Assembly (NCBI GenBank): GCA_946626605.1
Contig: CAMOUL010000003.1
Location: forward strand, 19,696-83,695
Direction: 5' to 3'
DNA length: 64,000 nt
Source: an uncultured Bacteroidales bacterium
Lineage (GTDB): Bacteria; Bacteroidota; Bacteroidia; Bacteroidales; Paludibacteraceae
Of the stretch, positions 38,542 through 47,411 are shown in pieces. The notes beneath the pieces are model-generated. The model was not told where the DNA came from. It was given only the letters and a program-made list of their open reading frames with translations, and did not search any database. How positions within the stretch are numbered: position 1 is the stretch's first letter; every line of letters begins with the position of its first letter. A program made the position numbers and the translations under genes.

Positions 38542-38997
38542 TTATTTGAGGGTGTTAATATCAATTGCTTTCGGTTGCTGTGCCTGCATGTTGTGCTCTG
38601 CACCTGCAAAAATGTACAGGTTGGTGATTTGACGAGCACCGAGACGATTCTTCGGCAGCATACCTTTTACTACTTTGCGAACGAGCTTGTCAGCGCCTTT
38701 TGCTTTGAGATCAGCCGGAGTATACTCACGTTGACCACCCGGGAAACCGGTGTAACGAACGTAAACGCGATCGTTCCATTTGTTACCTGTCAGCTGAACT
38801 TTGTCAGCATTGATGATGATTACGTTGTCACCACAGTCCACGTTCGGAGTGTAGGACGGTTTGTACTTACCACGCAGCAGTTTAGCTACTTTGGTGCACA
38901 TACGGCCGAGAATCTGGCCTTCAGCGTCTACAACGACCCACTCTTTCTTAGCGGTCTCTTTGTTGACAGACACTGTCTTGTACGAATTGTATTCCAT
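38542..38997 (-). CDS. rplM: 50S ribosomal protein L13
   Basis: It contains WVVVDAEGQILGR. Confidence 0.95.
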   Translation of the reverse strand: MEYNSYKTVSVNKETAKKEWVVVDAEGQILGRMCTKVAKLLRGKYKPSYTPNVDCGDNVIIINADKVQLTGNKWNDRVYVRYTGFPGGQREYTPADLKAKGADKLVRKVVKGMLPKNRLGARQITNLYIFAGAEHNMQAQQPKAIDINTLK

Positions 38998-39049
38998 TAA
39001 TTTGTTAGTTTTAGGCCGAGCCGACAGACATCTTTACGGTTTTAGGGCT

Positions 39050-39132
39050 TTCAGCATTCAGCGTTCAACTTTCAGCATTCAGATTCATTTTACTTTCTGA
39101 TGGCTGATGGCTGATAGCTGACGACTGACGGC
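39050..39132. repeat. Two heptamer tandem arrays in the rplM leader
   Basis: TTCAGCA TTCAGCG TTCAACT TTCAGCA TTCAGAT lies at 39050-39084. TGATGGC TGATGGC TGATAGC TGACGAC TGACGGC lies at 39098-39132. Confidence 0.8.
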
Positions 39133-39377
39133 TTATTAACACACTGCCCAGCTCGACGATTTATAAATAGGTTTTTACGCGCCTTTCCGCATGCGCGTTA
39201 TACCCGTTCACGCGAAAAAGCCTGCAAAATTACTACTTTTTTTTGACATGACCAAATTTTTTTGCATTTTTTTGAAATTTTCTATCAATTTTTAGGGATT
39301 CAGGAGACACCAAAGAGAGCCAATGGTATTCTGACGGAGTAGAAACTTCATATGATTATTGCAAGATGATTCCAATT

Positions 39378-39432
39378 ATAACCTACTAATAACCTACTAA
39401 TCACCTACTAATAACCTACTAATAACCTACTA
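39378..39432. repeat. Tandem 11-nt repeat, 5 units
   Basis: The unit ATAACCTACTA repeats five times, with one T-to-C variant. Confidence 0.9.
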
Positions 39433-39559
39433 ATTGTATACTAGAATACTTATATTTAAGAACAAAGAGATGCAAACCAAAAAATGACATACGCAAAAAA
39501 TCACACCAAAATTTGCATATATGCAATATTTTTTGTACTTTTGCACGATTTTTGATAGT

Positions 39560-40087
39560 ATGGAAACGAAACGTGAGACATATGAAGCGTTGGTGCCACA
39601 GATAGAGGCGCTGGTAAGCGGGGAGACGGACCTGATCGCGAACATGGCGAATGTAGCGGCTGTGCTGCATGCAGCGTTCGGATTCTGGTGGACAGGGTTC
39701 TATCGGGTTACAGGTGAGGGGTTACAGGTTACAGGTGAGGGGTTACAGGTTACAGGTGAGGGGTTACAGGTTACAGGGAAAGGGTTACAGGAGTTGGTTT
39801 TAGGACCTTTTCAGGGACCGATGGCATGTACACGTATTCCCTACGGGAAGGGCGTATGCGGAACAGCATGGCAACGGGGCGAGACCGTAATTGTGCCTGA
39901 CGTTCATGCGTTTGCAGGACATATCGCTTGTTCATCGGAGTCGAACAGCGAGATTGTAGTGCCGATATGGCAAGACGGAAAGGTGATAGCCGTGTTAGAC
40001 ATCGACAGCAAGGACTATAACACCTTCGACGAGACCGATAAGATCTATTTGGAACAAATAGCGAAAATAATCAGTAAAACGAAATAA
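39560..40087 (+). CDS. GAF-domain protein (free methionine-R-sulfoxide reductase / YebR-like)
   Basis: It contains LVLGPFQGPMACTRIPYGKGVCGTAW. The ATG at 39560 lies 17 nt after TActTTTG (39536-39543). Confidence 0.85.
   Translation: METKRETYEALVPQIEALVSGETDLIANMANVAAVLHAAFGFWWTGFYRVTGEGLQVTGEGLQVTGEGLQVTGKGLQELVLGPFQGPMACTRIPYGKGVCGTAWQRGETVIVPDVHAFAGHIACSSESNSEIVVPIWQDGKVIAVLDIDSKDYNTFDETDKIYLEQIAKIISKTK
39706..39789 (+). repeat. In-frame 21-nt (3 x 7) tandem repeat, 4 units, inside the GAF gene
   Basis: The heptamer units GGTTACA and GGTGAGG encode VTGEGLQ three times, then VTGKGLQ. Confidence 0.9.
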
Positions 40088-40088
40088 A

Positions 40089-40529
40089 ATGAAAAAGACA
40101 TTATTCGTATTGATGCTGTCTTTGGTGACAGTGTTTGGTATGGCACAAGGCCATCGCGGTGGTTCGAAAGGTCATGACAGAGGGCATGGAAGAGGTCCCG
40201 GTCGAGAGTATCCGCATGAGATGCGTCAAGCACCCTGCGCTACACCCGAGCAGATGCAGTTGGTACTGAAAGTGTTGAACAATCAATCGTTCGACGACAA
40301 GAAATTAGAGATCGGTAAGCTCTGCGTAGTACTGGGTCATTTCTGCACGCGCGACTTAGCCCTCATAGCCGAGCAGTTCTCGTTCGACGACAACCGTAAG
40401 CAGTTCCTGATCGACGCTTATCCCTATTGCATAGATCCGGAGAACTACTATTCGCTCAAGGAGGTATTCCAGTTCCGCTCGAACTTCGACGAGATGATGG
40501 AGAAGACGCATCCGGGTTATAGCCGATAG
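40089..40529 (+). CDS. DUF4476-like secreted protein
   Basis: It has a signal peptide and the stretch FDDKKLEIGKL...FSFDDNRKQFL. Confidence 0.6.
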   Translation: MKKTLFVLMLSLVTVFGMAQGHRGGSKGHDRGHGRGPGREYPHEMRQAPCATPEQMQLVLKVLNNQSFDDKKLEIGKLCVVLGHFCTRDLALIAEQFSFDDNRKQFLIDAYPYCIDPENYYSLKEVFQFRSNFDEMMEKTHPGYSR

Positions 40530-40534
40530 TTGAT

Positions 40535-41848
40535 TTGAGATTTGAGAGTTTAGTCATAGTTCTGCTGTGTGCACTTGGCGTTCACGCAGCGGTATATACC
40601 GGGAAGGTAGTGGACGAGAAAGGGCAACCTATCTCATATGCTACCGTGTATCCGGAGGTGGCACCGGAATTAGGTACAGCCACCAATAACGACGGTATCT
40701 TCCGCTTCGAAGCCAATTTGCCTGCTTCTTCCCCTGTCGTCGTTTCGTTTATAGGGTTTGAGAAAGTGGAGGTTACGGGTGACAGGTTACGGGTTAAAGG
40801 GGACGCTGCGCTACAGGTGATTGTTCTAAAAGAACAACCGATCGCGCTGCAGGAGACGGTAGTGGCAGCCAAGAGCAGTAAGCAGCGGAACAAACGCAAG
40901 CAGATGGCTACTCTACTCCACGCCGTTTATGTGCAACTGGAGAAGGAGTTTCCGGACGAGCCGGCACAATATCAGGTGGTTAGCGACGTTCGGATGACCA
41001 GCGGCGAAGCGCAAACGGGTCACGCAGCCGTATGGGGCATGGAGCAGATGATAGCCAATATCGTCGTGCTGCCCGAAGCCGCCAAAGGCGGACGAGACTC
41101 CGTACAGTTCCAGGGCCGTTTCTGCAAGCGATTCTTCGACGCCCGTAAGCGTGCTCAGGCGGATTCAATATTAGCCGGTCAGACCTTGGAGCGCTTAGAG
41201 AAAGCGCAGAAAGATGTGCCGAAAGGTACGCCGCAGAACTACATGCGTCGGGCAGCCAATGCCGTGGACAGCGGTGTGGTAGTGCATGAAGCGCTGTTCG
41301 CGATCGGCAACATGCGCTATGACTTCCAGGAAACGATGAACGACATCAAACACTGGTCGGTGAGCAATGAATCGGAAGGCGAGACAGTACTAACCCACAC
41401 CCAAAAGGTAAGCAAATACTTAGGCTGCTTTAAGATGACCTTCCAGCGGCATTATATCATCGACTCCCGCACCTACTCCGTTCGTCGGTTCTCGGAGCAC
41501 GCGGAAGTGAAGGTAGTGATACCTTTTGGTATCAAACTGAACAGCGACCAGTTGCAGATGCTGAATCTGGTGAACATGGACGAGGAGCAGATCAATAAGT
41601 TCCGTCTGAAAAGGCTGCGCGGCGCAGTGGACCTGAACACGATCTATCAACGTCGTAACGGCTTGGTCTATACGCAGGAGAAGAATATGATCTTAAATGC
41701 CTTTATCGTAGGCAGCAAGAAGACCGAGATCCCGATTCATATTCAGGCGACACAACGGGTGACAGACCTTCAGACGGAAGGCGTGAAAGCGCTTAAAAAG
41801 CATCAATTGACGAGGCGCGTAAGGCGCGAAATCGTAGAAATTTACTAA
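40535..41848 (+). CDS. Carboxypeptidase-regulatory-like (CarboxypepD_reg) domain protein
   Basis: It has a signal peptide followed by YTGKVVDEKGQPISYATVY. It has a TTG start and no in-frame ATG nearby. Confidence 0.6.
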   Translation: MRFESLVIVLLCALGVHAAVYTGKVVDEKGQPISYATVYPEVAPELGTATNNDGIFRFEANLPASSPVVVSFIGFEKVEVTGDRLRVKGDAALQVIVLKEQPIALQETVVAAKSSKQRNKRKQMATLLHAVYVQLEKEFPDEPAQYQVVSDVRMTSGEAQTGHAAVWGMEQMIANIVVLPEAAKGGRDSVQFQGRFCKRFFDARKRAQADSILAGQTLERLEKAQKDVPKGTPQNYMRRAANAVDSGVVVHEALFAIGNMRYDFQETMNDIKHWSVSNESEGETVLTHTQKVSKYLGCFKMTFQRHYIIDSRTYSVRRFSEHAEVKVVIPFGIKLNSDQLQMLNLVNMDEEQINKFRLKRLRGAVDLNTIYQRRNGLVYTQEKNMILNAFIVGSKKTEIPIHIQATQRVTDLQTEGVKALKKHQLTRRVRREIVEIY

Positions 41849-41906
41849 AAAATCACGCAAAGATTTGCATAAATGCAAAAAATGTAGTACCTTTGCAGTC
41901 GATTTT

Positions 41907-41977
41907 GCGGTGTTAGCACATCGGTAGTGCATCGGCTTCCCAAGCCGAGGAGGCGGGTTCGATTCCCGTACACCGCT
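41907..41977 (+). tRNA. tRNA-Gly (anticodon CCC)
   Basis: I folded the cloverleaf by hand. The acceptor stem is GCGGTGT/ACACCGC, the D stem GCAC/GTGC, the anticodon stem TCGGC/GCCGA with loop TTCCCAA, and the T arm GCGGG-TTCGATT-CCCGT. A TAccTTTG promoter lies at 41888-41895. Confidence 0.9.
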
Positions 41978-41989
41978 CCCAAAAAAGAT

Positions 41990-42270
41990 ATAGTGGATCG
42001 GTCTATCGCGCCGCAAGGTGAGGAAAGTCCGGGCAGCACAGAGCACCGCAACGGTTAACGGCCGTCAGGCAGCAATGTTTGGTCCCTACTACAGAGACGA
42101 GTGATGTGAAACGAGTACACTGCGGGCTGCAATTCCAAGTATACCAACGTCTGAGCGCTGCTCGCGTGAGTTGGAGGGTAGGAAGCGAGAGAAGCACGTG
42201 GTAACACGCGACTCGAGATTAATGATAGACGCTGCTTCGCAGTACAGAACCCGGCTTATAGATTCACTAT
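41990..42270 (+). ncRNA. rnpB: RNase P RNA (bacterial type A, compact)
   Basis: It has GAGGAAAGTCCGGGC near the 5' end and ACAGAACCCGGCTTAT near the 3' end. P1 pairs ATAGTGGATC with GATTCACTAT. GGTTAACGGCC and GGGTAGGAAGC elements are also present. Confidence 0.85.
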
Positions 42271-42298
42271 TCTTTTTGCGGGAACCGTAAAAGGCACC

Positions 42299-43576
42299 AT
42301 GAAGAAATATTCCGAAATATCGCATTTCATGCGTTATGACATGTGGCGACGTACGGCCACAGAGTTCAGGAATCCCGTTCAACGTATCGGATATCTTCTG
42401 CTTCGCACGATCGTGCTGGTGGCTCGTGGTTTCACGAGTAAGAACCTGAACAATACTGCCAAGAGTCTTACTTTTTCGCTTACTTTCGCGCTCGTCCCTA
42501 TCTTAGCTATGGTGATCGCCATCGCCAAGGGTTTTGGTGTGGCGGATACGATCGAGCAATACCTGAACTCTACTTTTCTGGGCGAAGCGGGTATGGTACC
42601 TACTATCATGCAGATGGTGGACCGTTATTTGGAAACTGCGCAAGGCGGCGTCTTCATTGGTATAGGTATTCTGATATTGCTTTGGGCGATCTATTCGTTC
42701 TTCGAGTCGGTCGAGCAAGCGTTTAACCGTATATGGAACGTCCAGAAAAACCGCTCTATCATCCGTAAATTCACGACCTATATCACGATCGTGCTGCTTA
42801 TTCCGGTTGGTATGGTCTGCAGCAGTGGTATTGATGTATTTGTCGGATCCTCGATTCTCAACTCGGTCTTCGTTCAGTTCCTGATCAGCTGGGGGTTCTT
42901 CACGTGGATTTACATCGCCTTCCCGAACACGCACGTGCGCTTCATTTACGGTCTGATACCCGGTATATTGATGGGTACGCTGTTTAAGTTGCTGCAAATG
43001 CTGTCGGTTTATTTGATCGCCATGTTGAGTAGAACAAGTATCGTGTATGGTGCGTTTGCGGCGATCCCTATTTTGATGACCTGGTTGCAATACACGAGCC
43101 TCTTGATTCTCATCGGCGCTGAGATGAGTTTTGCGCTGCAGAACAACTCGGAATTTGAGTACGAGCACGACCTGAGTCGTATGTCTCGTCGCTATAAAGA
43201 CTTCGTGATGCTGTACCTTCTCTCGGTGATTGTAAAGCGCTTTGAGAATAACGAAGAACCTCTTACAGCAAGCGAATTAGCCATTCGCGACAATCTGCCC
43301 ATTCGTTTAGTGAATCAGTTGCTATCGCGATTAGTGGAGACGAACGTGCTAAATGAAGTGGTAGAAGGCGAAGATGAGGACCGTAAATACCAACCGGCTC
43401 TGGATACCCATCAGTTAACAATTGGTAAGGTACTGGACCGCATCGACGAGCAAGGAACAGAGGAGTTTTTGCAGGCGCCTTCTAAAGAGATGTCGGCCTT
43501 CTGGAAACGGTATAAGGAGTTGAAAGCGAAGGAAGATGTGCTTGATAAAGTAATGATTAACGAGTTAATGAATTAA
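42299..43576 (+). CDS. YihY/BrkB-family membrane protein with a C-terminal soluble domain
   Basis: It has six transmembrane segments and the family-typical N-terminus ...LAKSLTFSLTFALVPILA. Confidence 0.75.
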   Translation: MKKYSEISHFMRYDMWRRTATEFRNPVQRIGYLLLRTIVLVARGFTSKNLNNTAKSLTFSLTFALVPILAMVIAIAKGFGVADTIEQYLNSTFLGEAGMVPTIMQMVDRYLETAQGGVFIGIGILILLWAIYSFFESVEQAFNRIWNVQKNRSIIRKFTTYITIVLLIPVGMVCSSGIDVFVGSSILNSVFVQFLISWGFFTWIYIAFPNTHVRFIYGLIPGILMGTLFKLLQMLSVYLIAMLSRTSIVYGAFAAIPILMTWLQYTSLLILIGAEMSFALQNNSEFEYEHDLSRMSRRYKDFVMLYLLSVIVKRFENNEEPLTASELAIRDNLPIRLVNQLLSRLVETNVLNEVVEGEDEDRKYQPALDTHQLTIGKVLDRIDEQGTEEFLQAPSKEMSAFWKRYKELKAKEDVLDKVMINELMN

Positions 43577-43588
43577 AGAGTTAATGAT

Positions 43589-45442
43589 ATGAAAAGACAC
43601 GCGTTATTTTTTGTAGCAGCGATGCTGATGAGTCAAATCGCATGGGCTGCGCCGAAGATTCAACAAGTAGAACCGCTCTGCTGGTGGGCGAACATGGAGA
43701 CCCCGCTGACAGTCATGTTTCATGGTCAGGACTTAGCAGATGCGGAAGTGAGTGTACAGCAGGTAGTGAACGGCAAAGTGCTGCGCGGCGTTTGCCATGG
43801 TTTGGTACCTCGCAGCCAGCACAATGCGGAGAGCCCGAACTACTTATTCGTGGATTTCGGAGTGTTCCAGGCCGGTACATACCGTATCACGCTGAAGAAA
43901 GGCAACAAAAAAGCCACCTATGACTATCTGATCGCCGAGCGTCGTGAAGGCAGTCGCGAGCGCAAGAGTTTCACTTCGGCGGATGTGGTTTATCTGATCA
44001 TGTCCGACCGTTTTGTAGACGGTGATCCGTCAAACAACAGTACAGCGGACACCCGTGAGAAAGCCGACAAAAGTAATGTGAACGGTCGTTGGGGCGGTGA
44101 TATCCAAGGTATCATCAATAGTTTCGACCATATCGCTAAGTTAGGCTGCACCGCTATCTGGCCGACGCCGATGTTAGGCGACGACGAAGAGGCATGGAGT
44201 TATCATGGCTACGCATGCTCGGATTACTATCATATCGACCCGCGCTACGGCACGAACTCGCAATACGCCCAGATGGTACAGATCGCCCATAACAAAGGCT
44301 TGAAGATCTTGATGGATATGGTGCCTAACCACTGCGGTTCTGCCCACTGGTGGATGAGCGACCTACCCTACGCCAACTGGATTAACCAATTCGATGAGTT
44401 CACGAACACGAACAACTGCTTCACGGCGAACTATGATATCAACGCTTCGGATTTTGACCGTAAGCTCAGTAACCGCGGTTGGTTCGACCATCCGATGCCG
44501 GATATGAACTTGGAGAACCCGGACCTGCTGAAATATTTCCAGCAATGGGCGATCTGGTGGGTGGAATATGCCGACTTGGACGGTCTGCGCGTAGATACGT
44601 ATCCGTATATCGAGAAGAAGCCGGGCAGCGAGTGGCTCAAAGCCATCCGTAATGAGTATCCGAACCTGAATATCGTTGGTGAATGCTGGACCCGTCCGGC
44701 TCCTGCTGTAGCATACTGGCAGAGCGGCGCGAAGAACTTCGACGGCTTCGATTCTAACCTGCCTACCGTGATGGATTTCCCAACGGAAGAGGCTATTCGT
44801 CAAGCCTTGGAGAACGACGGTAAAGGTTGGGGGAACGGTTTGACCCGCGTCTATGACGCGCTGACGATGGATTACCTCTATGCGGATGTGAATAAACTGC
44901 TGACGTTCCTCGGCAACCATGACATGGCGCGTATCACTGATGTGGTGAAGGACAAAGACCTGCGCCGTGTGAAATTGGCGTATGTGCTGTTGGCTACGAT
45001 GCGTGGTATTCCGCAAGTGCTGTACGGCGATGAATATGCGATGACTTCGGCAAGCGAAGACCCGAGTAACCACAGTTATCTCCGTGCTCCCCTCCCGCAA
45101 GGCGACGAGGTAACACCGGAAATGCAGGATATGTTTGATTTCCAAAGCAAACTCTTCCAATGGCGTAAGAATGAACCGGTGCTGCATACGGGCAAGACGA
45201 TGCATTTCTTAGCACGCGATAACACCTATGCGTTCTTCCGCTATGATAAGGAAAGTGCGGTATTTGTCTTCGCCAACGCTTCGGATCAAGTGCGCGTAGC
45301 TCCGACGGAGAACTACGAAGAGATCCTAAGTCAATACAATCCGGTAGGTATCAATCCGCTGACAGGTGAGACGGTTGATCTGCGTCGTGCAGACGTGGCC
45401 GCTCCGGCACTAAGTACGATTGTTGTGAAGTTGCATAAGTAA
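43589..45442 (+). CDS. GH13 alpha-amylase family glycosidase (cyclomaltodextrinase/neopullulanase-like)
   Basis: It has a signal peptide and the motifs DRFVDGD, GLRVDTYPY, GECW and LGNHD. Confidence 0.85.
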   Translation: MKRHALFFVAAMLMSQIAWAAPKIQQVEPLCWWANMETPLTVMFHGQDLADAEVSVQQVVNGKVLRGVCHGLVPRSQHNAESPNYLFVDFGVFQAGTYRITLKKGNKKATYDYLIAERREGSRERKSFTSADVVYLIMSDRFVDGDPSNNSTADTREKADKSNVNGRWGGDIQGIINSFDHIAKLGCTAIWPTPMLGDDEEAWSYHGYACSDYYHIDPRYGTNSQYAQMVQIAHNKGLKILMDMVPNHCGSAHWWMSDLPYANWINQFDEFTNTNNCFTANYDINASDFDRKLSNRGWFDHPMPDMNLENPDLLKYFQQWAIWWVEYADLDGLRVDTYPYIEKKPGSEWLKAIRNEYPNLNIVGECWTRPAPAVAYWQSGAKNFDGFDSNLPTVMDFPTEEAIRQALENDGKGWGNGLTRVYDALTMDYLYADVNKLLTFLGNHDMARITDVVKDKDLRRVKLAYVLLATMRGIPQVLYGDEYAMTSASEDPSNHSYLRAPLPQGDEVTPEMQDMFDFQSKLFQWRKNEPVLHTGKTMHFLARDNTYAFFRYDKESAVFVFANASDQVRVAPTENYEEILSQYNPVGINPLTGETVDLRRADVAAPALSTIVVKLHK

Positions 45443-45443
45443 A

Positions 45444-45471
45444 GTGGAAAGTTAAAAGTGGAAAGTGGAAA
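45444..45471. repeat. Heptamer tandem array (GTGGAAA family)
   Basis: The units are GTGGAAA GTTAAAA GTGGAAA GTGGAAA. The array supplies the GTG start of the next ORF. Confidence 0.8.
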
Positions 45472-45649
45472 GAAGATTCATAAACTCTGTCCTCGCTGCG
45501 GGGCAGAGTTTATTTGTACCCACGATGCGTTTTGTCAGTGTGTGGGTATTACATTAAACGAAAAAGCGCGCGCCTACTTGCGCACGCATTATTCGGATTG
45601 TCTTTGCAGAAAGTGCTTACAGGAAATTTCTAGCCAACTAAGCGACTAG
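45458..45649 (+). CDS. Small cysteine-rich (CWC-like) protein
   Basis: It contains CPRCG...C...CQC...CLCRKC. It has a GTG start and no ATG available. Confidence 0.55.
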   Translation: MESGKKIHKLCPRCGAEFICTHDAFCQCVGITLNEKARAYLRTHYSDCLCRKCLQEISSQLSD

Positions 45650-46680
45650 TACAAGTGCTCCGCGAAATGCAGCGTAGAATCGGGGGCGTTATTCAAAATA
45701 TGAATGACGTCCTCGAGCATTTCTTCGGGGTGTACTACCCCACGCTCCCAGAAATTATTCGCTCCTCCGGGCAGTTGTTGTTTGCGCCAGTTATAGACCC
45801 GTCCGTTCTGATAGGCCTTAAACCAGGTATGTTTCTCGTCCATCTGCGCCAATTCCGCCATACTGTTTCCTCCGGCTCCCACCCATACGTCTGCCTCACC
45901 AAAATAATGCAAACAGTCCTCTACCGTCAAGGGAATGGAGGTCTCGCGGTCGTTCTCATAGAACGGATAGACCGCCCCGGCATCCTTAAAGAGATAAGCC
46001 AGATAGTTCTTGCCGGAAGGAACGTACCATGTGCCACGAAAATTGTTACCACTCATAATTTTCGTGGATTGGTCATTAGAGATTGAAGATTTTAGATTTG
46101 TTAGTTTTTCATACTTCATCTCTACCTCATTAAAGATGCTATCCGCTTGAGGAAGTCTACCGGTGAGGGCCCCGAGGACACGAATCCATTCAGCGCGCGC
46201 GAGAGGTGAACTCTCCTGCCATTCGTTGATATAGATGATAGGTACACCAAGTCGCTCTAAGCGCGCAGCTTCGAGGTTATCGTACTGACCATAGTTAACC
46301 GCCAACAAGATATCCAGATTGCCTTGTAAGACGCGTTCAGCACTCGGTTTCATAGAGTCCCCGAGGTCGATCTCATCGCCTTTAACCGGCGTATAGATGA
46401 GTTCAGGGTTACATACTGCGGCCAGGCACTCCATGGCATCAAGTGCATAGAGAAAGCCGACCTGCACCGTGCTCATCGTTCCGAGTCGACGCATCGGTGT
46501 TTTGACGCACAGACGTTGATATGGTTGAAAGACCTCCACGATTGTACCCGTATCCGTTGGCGTGATCTGAAAACCTGTAGCGTACTTGTTGCCGACAGGT
46601 ACAGTCCCCTGCTTCGTGGACTGCTTGGCGCAGCCCACGAAGACCAAGGAACAAAGAATAAAGATCAAAGATCTTTTCAT
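45646..46680 (-). CDS. BtuF-like periplasmic binding protein (ABC substrate-binding lipoprotein)
   Basis: It has the lipobox LVFVGC and the look of the PBP type 2 iron/B12 family. It is the last gene of the riboswitch-controlled operon. Confidence 0.7.
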   Translation of the reverse strand: MKRSLIFILCSLVFVGCAKQSTKQGTVPVGNKYATGFQITPTDTGTIVEVFQPYQRLCVKTPMRRLGTMSTVQVGFLYALDAMECLAAVCNPELIYTPVKGDEIDLGDSMKPSAERVLQGNLDILLAVNYGQYDNLEAARLERLGVPIIYINEWQESSPLARAEWIRVLGALTGRLPQADSIFNEVEMKYEKLTNLKSSISNDQSTKIMSGNNFRGTWYVPSGKNYLAYLFKDAGAVYPFYENDRETSIPLTVEDCLHYFGEADVWVGAGGNSMAELAQMDEKHTWFKAYQNGRVYNWRKQQLPGGANNFWERGVVHPEEMLEDVIHILNNAPDSTLHFAEHLY

Positions 46681-47381
46681 TATTTCGCACCGAGATTGTC
46701 GATACAGAAATAAGTCGGGGTATTCAGACCCCAGTCGCCCGTACGGCTACCCGTCATAGTAAAGAAGATAGCGTCAACTGTACCGAGTTGCTTGAGATCC
46801 ACATAGGTCCATTCGGTAACGATGTTCTTACCCTTAGCGAGGTAGAACTCCACTTCCGTATCCACTACCTTACCATCCAAAGAACCGCCGATGTGCAGCA
46901 ACAGATAATCGTCATCACCAAACGGATCACCTGCAATCGCATCACCGTACTTCATGGAGTTGTACGCGTACGTGTTGTTGCATACATACATACCCTGAAC
47001 AACAGCCGGAGTCTTGAGCTTGATAGCATTTCCGGAGAAACCATCCTCATACCAAACGACATAGTTTTTACCGCCCTTTGCACCGCCGGCAATAGACTTG
47101 TAAGCGTCCTTGTAGTCCTTAAACGTGGTGTCGGTGATGTTTGTAACAACAGCGCCGGTTACATACGTACCACCATAAGCAACAGTTTGTGAGAGCTCAT
47201 AGTTACCACTTGCTAATAAAGCAGTCGTGTCCGTAGTAAAAGCCAAGTAACTTTGCGGAGCAGCAGGGCTGATAGCAGCCTCTTCAAAAGTAGCAACCGT
47301 CTTGTCTTCTACATCGTAGTTGGGTTGACAAGCTGCAAAAGTCATAGCCAATGCAGCTACAAAAAGAATTGATTTTTTCAT
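46680..47381 (-). CDS. DUF4465-like lipoprotein
   Basis: It has the lipobox TFAAC and sits in the B12-locus context. Confidence 0.55.
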   Translation of the reverse strand: MKKSILFVAALAMTFAACQPNYDVEDKTVATFEEAAISPAAPQSYLAFTTDTTALLASGNYELSQTVAYGGTYVTGAVVTNITDTTFKDYKDAYKSIAGGAKGGKNYVVWYEDGFSGNAIKLKTPAVVQGMYVCNNTYAYNSMKYGDAIAGDPFGDDDYLLLHIGGSLDGKVVDTEVEFYLAKGKNIVTEWTYVDLKQLGTVDAIFFTMTGSRTGDWGLNTPTYFCIDNLGAK

Positions 47382-47411
47382 TTTGTTTGTTGTTTAAATT
47401 GTTAATAAATG

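Noticed and set aside
39706-39789. The GGTTACA heptamers resemble fission-yeast-type telomere repeats.
   Set aside because: This is a coincidence of a short motif. The context is an in-frame bacterial coding insertion, and other arrays in the window use unrelated units.
41693-42382. Four minus-strand ORFs (41693-42046, 41845-42051, 42003-42197, 42089-42382).
   Set aside because: They overlap the tRNA-Gly and RNase P RNA genes and the YihY start, and have no protein-like features.
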